This document shows positions 1 to 64,000 of a stretch of DNA of 64,000 nt, piece after piece. Source of the DNA: Girardia tigrina (lineage: Eukaryota); NCBI GenBank assembly GCA_001938485.1, contig MQRK01193112.1:10698-74697 (forward strand), in the 5' to 3' direction. The notes under the pieces were generated by a model, which saw nothing but the letters and a program-made list of their open reading frames with translations, ran no database searches and was not told the origin of the DNA. Position 1 is the first letter of the stretch. The number at the start of each line of letters is the position of its first letter. Both the position numbers and the translations under genes were made by a program.

Positions 1-107
1 AGTGCACATTGTGTCGCACATTTCTAATGTACACAAGTATAATCACAAGTACCAGGGTTACCGTAACCAAGATACATAACATTTTATGTTACATGTAAAA
101 ACTACTG

Positions 108-446
108 TTGTACTTCAGGGGGGGGGGTGTAGGCCGAATGCCCATTTTCTCCCTACTCAAGAGTGGAAATTTCAAGAAGCCTAGTCTCTCTAATCTCTAC
201 TTGGGTCTAAGAAGCCTGGATGATATTCCGTTTCAAATGGTTGTCAAAAGTTTCCTGAAGACTAGAATTTCAAACAGAATGGATGGCACAGAAGATGATG
301 AATTCTGGAAAAAAAACATAGAAAAAGAAACTGAAGAAGATGAAGACCAAGCTGAACCCAACTGCGATACAGATAAAAGACTGAGTCCGGAAGAGTTTCA
401 TGAACTTTTTAGTGACAGTGATGATGATGACTTTGATGTACTCTGA
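108..446 (+). mobile_element. pogo/Tigger-like transposase C-terminal remnant
   Basis: VKSFLKTRISNRMDGTEDDE resembles the pogo tail KSFKKCGISNALDGTEDD, followed by an acidic end. Confidence 0.6.
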
Positions 447-699
447 TTAAGGTTGTAAATTTTTCGCGTCAAAAACTTTTAAAAATCGTAGGTAACTCGC
501 TGTAAAAAGTGTAAAATTCGCAACGTCACATTTTTCCCAAATATTACTTAATACACACGCTCAATTCAGTGAAAACCAATTGTTTTCGCGTACAAGCAAA
601 TTGTTTCTGACATGCATTTTACTAATATCAAGGAAAAAAGTAAATAAAACAAAGTTCTGAAAAATAAGGCTTTTATTTAAATTTTAGTTTATAACTTTC

Positions 700-1042
700 T
701 AGAGTTCTGGTACAACATGTTTTACATAGCCTAGTTATCGCCTTTAATACTTCGTCTGTCATCTCTCAACACATCTAAGTATAGACTGAAAGATCGTTCT
801 GCAGCAACGCTGTTACACGGTACACTCAAACAGCTCAGTGCTATTTCTAATAGTTTCGGAAACTGCGGAGCTGCAGCAATCCAGAAGTCAACCAGATGTG
901 GAGTTACCCTCATACGACCAACACTTGACAGGTAGATACACAGTTCAATCTTTGCTTGTATGTTATCCTCGAACCACGGTATGTTCCCACAAATAAAGTC
1001 GTACGTTACATTCAGTATGTTCAACTTGGTCACGTCAAACAC
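700..1042 (-). mobile_element. hAT transposase dimerisation-domain remnant
   Basis: FW...FPKLLEIALSCLSVPCNSVAAERSFS. Confidence 0.8.
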
Positions 1043-1149
1043 ACGACATTTTTAAATTATAATACTAAAATAGAATTAGCCCATTTTTTCTCTAAAACAA
1101 AAAAATATCAATCGCGACATTAGTTTTCATTGTTTGAAGTTACTCAACA

Positions 1150-1400
1150 CACATTTATTTCGCCATTTCACGACTGCTACTCAAAGGTTCGGCATGTAAA
1201 GTGGCTTGTAAATCTCTGGTGTCAACTGTTACTAGTCGACCGATATTTGACTGATCTTTTAGGCTTATGTCACCAGATGTAAATCGTTTGTATCACTTTG
1301 CAATTGTAGCATGATTGACTTTTCCCTGACCTTCAGCATCACTTATTTATTTTGCAGTATCTCTAATTAATAAGTTGCGCTTCCAGCAGTATCGGATCAA
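1150..1400 (-). mobile_element. Decayed mariner N-terminal HTH fragment
   Basis: Minus strand reads AEGQGKVNHATIAK*YKRFTSGDISLKDQSNIGR..SSREMA with stops. Confidence 0.6.
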
Positions 1401-1519
1401 AACTCGAATTTTCTTTTTGTATTTTGTTTTGTACCTAGTATTAATAATAATAAATGTACAAAATATAAAGTGCTTGAAAAAATCTTTAACAATAATTATT
1501 AGTAATTAGCATTATAATA

Positions 1520-3020
1520 CTTACGCTGTCCCAAAAGTCCTCAGGGGGCCTTTAAAAACACACTGATAATTTACCAAATTTAACCAAATTTGGACTGAAT
1601 ATTATTCAGACTGTCATAAATACTGTGTTAAAATTTCAAAGCATAAAATTTGAAACTTACCAAAAAAATAATATTATTAACCAACAAAAAAAATTAGATG
1701 CAGCGAATTTAAAAATTTATTTAAAAAAATACTTTAAAAATTTCTTAAGCAACAACATATTCACCATTGTTGTCAATAACCAACTGACAATAGTCTAAAA
1801 AGTTTATCTAGTTGATTTTTTAATGTTTCTGTTGATAAAGAATTAAAAAAGAATTTACAAGCTTCTTCAATTTCTTCATGTGATTTGAAAACATGATTTT
1901 TAAAACTTTTCTCCATTTTTGAAAACAAGAATCTGTCACACAAATTAAAATCTGAACTATAGGGCGATTGATAAATTTTTTCAATTTTTCTTCTTTCAAA
2001 AAAAAGAGTTGTTTCTTTACTAGAATGAGGTCGTGCATTATCATGCCACCACTTAAGTTCCTTTAGCTTGATGCTGTTAGATCTAAGTTTCCACCATTTT
2101 TCACCGGTGTCATCAACAAAGTTCACATACGCCTCGGAATCAAACTTGGTACTATATGGCAGTGCTTTTACATTAAAACGTTTGTTGCAGGTAAAAATTA
2201 CGAAAACAACAGATTTTTTATCAGTCATTGGCGATGGCTTTATCACTTTTGGTGGAACAGCATTAGAAGGAATCCAAACTTTGTGATCTTCTTTCTTTCC
2301 TCTACCTTGGAAAAAGACCCATGTCTCATCCTCGATCGCTATGTTGGAATATGCTTCATCACCCATCTGTAAAATTACATGGCTTATATGCTTTGCAGTG
2401 TTAATGCGTTGTTGTTTATTAACAGCAGGAAGTTCGTGAGGGACCCAAACAGAGCAAAATTTTTTGTAATGAAGTTTTTCACGCAAAATTTTGTGGACTG
2501 TATTTTTGCCTAAAGAAAGTTCATTTTCAATATAACGCAAAGACACATTTGGAGCTTCATCAATCACTTCTTTGACTGCTTTAATATTTTCGTCGTCTAT
2601 TAATGACGGCCTGTCACTTCTTGATGAATCTTCGAAGGATGTCCGCTTTTCTTTTTTAAAATCAGTCAATCATTGTTGAATAGTTTTCAGTGTTGTGTGA
2701 TTTGCGTCTTCCCATGCCTGCTGAAGTTGCTGAAGAATTTCTAAAGTAGAGAATCCTCTTTTACTTTGAGTTAGAACAAAAAAACGTTGGCAACATTTAT
2801 TTGTTTCCATTGTTAAAAACCGCTCGATTTGAATTCGCTGCACTTTTAGAATTTCAATACTTTAATAAAACAAAATTTTACTTTCTTTTAATTTTATGCT
2901 TTGAAATTTTAACACAGTATTTATGACAGTCTGAATAATATTCTGTCCAAATTTGGTTAAATTTGGTAAAATATCAGTGTGTTTTTAAAGGCCACCTGAG
3001 GACTTTTGGGACAGCCTAAG
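1520..3020 (-). mobile_element. Near full-length mariner-like (DD34D) element with ~130-bp TIRs, TA-flanked; transposase disabled
   Basis: CTTACGCTGTCCCAAAAGTCCTCAGG / CCTGAGGACTTTTGGGACAGCCTAAG ends. WVPHEL, DETW, HDNARPH and D-34-D spacing. ATG at 2810, in-frame TGA at 2670-2672, frameshift near the 3' end. Confidence 0.92.
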
Positions 3021-3255
3021 TATTATGTACGTGTCTTAGTGTATTTGTAACAAAATATATATTATTTCATGGTATAATAAAACGTTTTGGCCAAGCAAAT
3101 ATTAATTAAGAAGCAAATTATTATATTCTTAAGTGATGTTATATTTTATGAAAAATATTCTTTTTCTGGAATTTAATACAAAAATTATTTTCCTTTGTTT
3201 GCGTAAATGTCTGTGATTTATTTTTGTGAACAAATTTCATAAATCCCATAATTAG

Positions 3256-61028
<57,773 letters not shown>

Positions 61029-61040
61029 TCAACATTTATT

Positions 61041-61118
61041 ATTAAATTAACGATGATTTTTTTGGGATAACCCTATCGACCGAGACAATTTCCACTGTAC
61101 AGTGTAATTTTTAATAAA
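61041..61118 (+). terminator. Candidate TOR polyadenylation signals (ATTAAA 61041, AATAAA 61113)
   Basis: Hexamers just downstream of the stop codon. Such motifs are common by chance in AT-rich DNA. Confidence 0.35.
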
Positions 61119-61179
61119 TCTTATCATTGCTTTTTGATTTATTGTTCTGAATTATGATTTTAGTACACCTTTTAGAAAT

Positions 61180-61266
61180 GGGGCCGCACATAAACGACGT
61201 CACGCAGGAGGGGGGGAGGGGTTTGAAATCGGCTAAAATCGCGTGACGTCATTTATGGACATCCCC
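61180..61266. mobile_element. 87-bp PIF/Harbinger-like MITE
   Basis: GGGGC..CATAAA.GACGTCACGC / GCGTGACGTCATTTATGGACA.CCCC. Partial copies at ~19540-19600 and 62158-62235. Confidence 0.6.
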
Positions 61267-62680
61267 ATTGGGTTTATTTTAGTGAATTTTATTTATTTTT
61301 TGACATTTTTTTTAATTTTGAAAAACAAATATTTCTGTTCTTTTTCTGTATGTTTTACCATAATTATTTTTCCACATTAATTTCATTTAGTGAAAGCAAA
61401 CCATTCTATCAAAAGTTTTTATTTTTTCTTTAATTTCAACACTAAAATCATATTTTTTTGGTGTTTACTTAGGATTATGTATCAATTTCGTCCTTTCAGT
61501 ATTTCATTATTTACTCTTGAAACGCAGTTATCGCCAATAATCATTTTCCTTCTTTTATATGGATCTCTGATATGATCTGTATAGTGACCAAAAAATTAAA
61601 TATTAAAATTATAAAGGGTTAGTTTAAATTTAAGTTTCGCCAAAATAGTTTATTATTTTTTAATTTGAAAATTTAAAAGAAATAAATTAAAAAACTAAAA
61701 TGTCGAGTAAAAATATGATAAAATAAATACTTATTTAAAATATACTTACATTAATAACAATTGATATATTTTAATAAAAGTTATGAAATAAGTTTGAATA
61801 AATTTTTAAATAAATAATTAGCGGATTAATATTTTAAGAAATCATTTTTTTAATAAAAGGGTTATTGTAAATTTAAATTAATTAGTTTTTATGATAAAAT
61901 TTTCGAAAAAAATGTAAAATAATTTAAAGTTTAAATTTCGTAAAATTTCAAAATTTAATCAAAAAAAATTTAATGAATTAATTTTGGGCGAAATTTGTTT
62001 AACCCCTTTACCGTGTGTCACGAGTTAACTCGTCATATGAAAAAATTCGAAAAGATACCAAAAATTGTCTTCTTTATATTTACCTCATAAATTCTAAATG
62101 TCAACTCATTTTCACTCACATTGATGTTTTATTTTGTCAGGACAACGTAACAAATCACCATAAACGACGTCACGCAGGAGGTGGAAGGGGTTGGAAATCT
62201 GCTAAAATCGCGTGACGTCATTTATGGACAGCCCCATTGGGTTTATTTTAGTGAATTTTATTTATTTTTTGACATTTTTTTAATTTTGAAAAACAAATAT
62301 TTCTGTTCTTTTTCTGTATGTTTTACCATAATTATTTTTCCACATTAATTTCATTTAGTGAAAGCAAACCATTCTATCAAAAGTTTTTATTTTTTCTTCA
62401 ATTTCAACACTAAAATCATATTTTTTTGGTGTTTACTTAGGATTATGTACCAATTTCGTTCTTTCAGTATTTTATTATTTACTCTTGAAACGCAGTTATC
62501 GTCAAAATAGTTTATTATTTTTTAATTTGAAAATTTTAAAGAAATAAATTAAAAAACTAAAATGTATAGTAAAAATATGATAAAATAAATGCTTATTTAA
62601 AATATGTTTACAGTAATAACAATTGATATATTTTAATAAAATTTATGAAATAAGTTTGAATAAATTTTAAAATAAAAATA
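61189..62680. repeat. Local direct duplication of MITE plus AT-rich repeat
   Basis: 61189-61530 matches 62159-62500, and 61640-61810 matches 62503-62680. A third copy of the AT-rich block spans 56075-57770. Confidence 0.8.
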
Positions 62681-62682
62681 AA

Positions 62683-63605
62683 TTCCACACCATCCACATG
62701 GACTTGGTGGGACCCCTACCCCCATCTGAGGGTTACACGTATCTACTCACCATTGTGGATCGAAACTCCCGCTGGCCGGAGGCCTTCCCCTTAAGGAACA
62801 TCAACTCGAAACGATCGTTCGAATATTTGTTGACAACTTGATCTCCAGATTCGGAGTTCCAAAGCGGATAATAACTGACCAGGGTAGACAATTCGAATCC
62901 AAAATTTTTCAAGACCTCGTACAAACCCTTGGCTCACAACGATTAAGGACTACGGCTTTTCATCCCCAAAGCAACGGCATAGTAGAACGTTTCCACAAGA
63001 CGCTAAAGAATTCCCTTAGAGCCACATCGATAACACGTCAATGGACCAAACAACTTCCTTTCATCTTACTTGGTTGGCGTAACATTCCCAGCAGTAGACA
63101 CGGTTGTTCCCCAGCACAAATGTTGTTCGGTACAAACACCACTCTTATCAACGACCTGGTTTTCAACAACAGCCCGACCTCGGACGTTCACCTCGAATTG
63201 GCTAGGAAGCATTTTGCTCACTTGGATACCACCACCTCCAACAACCAGTCATGGAACATATTCATACACCCTTCTTTGTTTGACTCCAAGTTTGTCTGGC
63301 TAAAAACGGAACACCCAACATCTCTCCAAATGCGTTACTCGGGTCCTCACCGCGTGATTTAATTCAACCAAACTTCCAACACAGCCTCAATCGAGTTTCA
63401 AGGCAAATCACGAACCATAAACATTGAAAAGTTAAAACCAGCACCCCACTTGATGGATGACGACATCCAAGAAACACTCAGCCAAATACTTCCCAAACGA
63501 GTCACCTTCTCCACATGGGCATCGCAAAACGACTCAAACACACTCACCCTAACCAAGATCCACTAACCGCGCTTCCCTCGCTCCGCTCTTTCGGTTGGGG
63601 GCTAT
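62683..63605 (+). mobile_element. Ty3/Gypsy integrase (pol 3' end), frameshifted, 5'-truncated
   Basis: IHMDLVGPLP, LLTIVDR.SRWPEA, FGVPKRIITDQGRQFES, TTAFHPQSNGIVERFH, RYSGPHRV (GPY/F-like); G-rich tract followed by TGT at 63606. Confidence 0.92.
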
Positions 63606-63817
63606 TGTAGTGAATTAAAAAAAAATCAAAATAATTTTTTTTAAATAACAAAAAAACGATCAAAAAAAAATAAAATTGTGAACGGAGTGAACGAAATGCA
63701 AAATAAAAATTCGAAAAAAAAATTAGCAAATTATTATCAAAAAAGTACATTTGTTTAAATAACCCCAAATTTACAAAACTCGAACCGCAATATTCAAAAT
63801 ACTTTAAAACGCTAATC

Positions 63818-64000
63818 ATGTCCGACTGTGAAACCGGGACATTCGCCGTCCAGGCCGAAATCGCCCAGTTGATGAGTCTAATCATCAACACTTTCTGCTC
63901 CAACAAAGAGATTCTCCTTCGGGAATTGATCTCCAATTCCAGCGATGCGCTTGACAAAATCCGCTACAAAAGCTTGACTGATCCATCCATGCTCGTCACC
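63818..64000 (+). pseudogene. HSP90: Cytosolic HSP90 N-terminus, divergent at normally invariant residues (runs off window; gene or pseudogene)
   Basis: [57 protein letters not shown]. Family identity is clear; functional status is uncertain. Confidence 0.75.

Noticed and set aside
2670-2672. TGA at a conserved Trp position, hinting at an alternative genetic code
   Set aside because: TOR uses TGG for Trp and ends with TGA. This is ordinary TE decay.
63640-63800. Possible heat-shock elements upstream of HSP90
   Set aside because: Only isolated GAA/TTC units; no clear array of three alternating nGAAn pentamers.
63544-63957. 137-aa minus-strand ORF
   Set aside because: Antisense shadow of HSP90 extended through AT-rich sequence.

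Overview
This is AT-rich animal genomic DNA with several N gaps. The divergent TOR, tiny introns and TE content suggest a flatworm such as a planarian, which is an inference only. One + strand gene dominates the window: target of rapamycin (TOR/mTOR). I reconstructed 27 GT-AG exons by hand from 3256 to the stop at 61028. They total 8109 nt (2702 codons plus stop), and phase is consistent at every junction. They cover HEAT repeats, FAT, FRB, PI3K-like kinase and FATC. The first ~170 aa lie upstream of the window, and several exons are missing from the ORF track. Fourteen introns are 44-58 nt. Twelve are 1.3-6.6 kb and are filled with nested, mostly decayed transposons (mariner, Tc1, hAT, MULE/foldback, piggyBac, Penelope, Helitron-like). 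After TOR come a local duplication, a Gypsy integrase fragment and the start of a mutated HSP90-like ORF. The most notable items are: a minimal hammerhead ribozyme at the end of an intronic Penelope element; an antisense dynein heavy chain AAA3 relic in a TOR intron; altered rapamycin-pocket residues and large insertions in TOR; and an HSP90 copy sitting where the Gypsy 3' LTR should be. I found nothing I can firmly call a new biological system.
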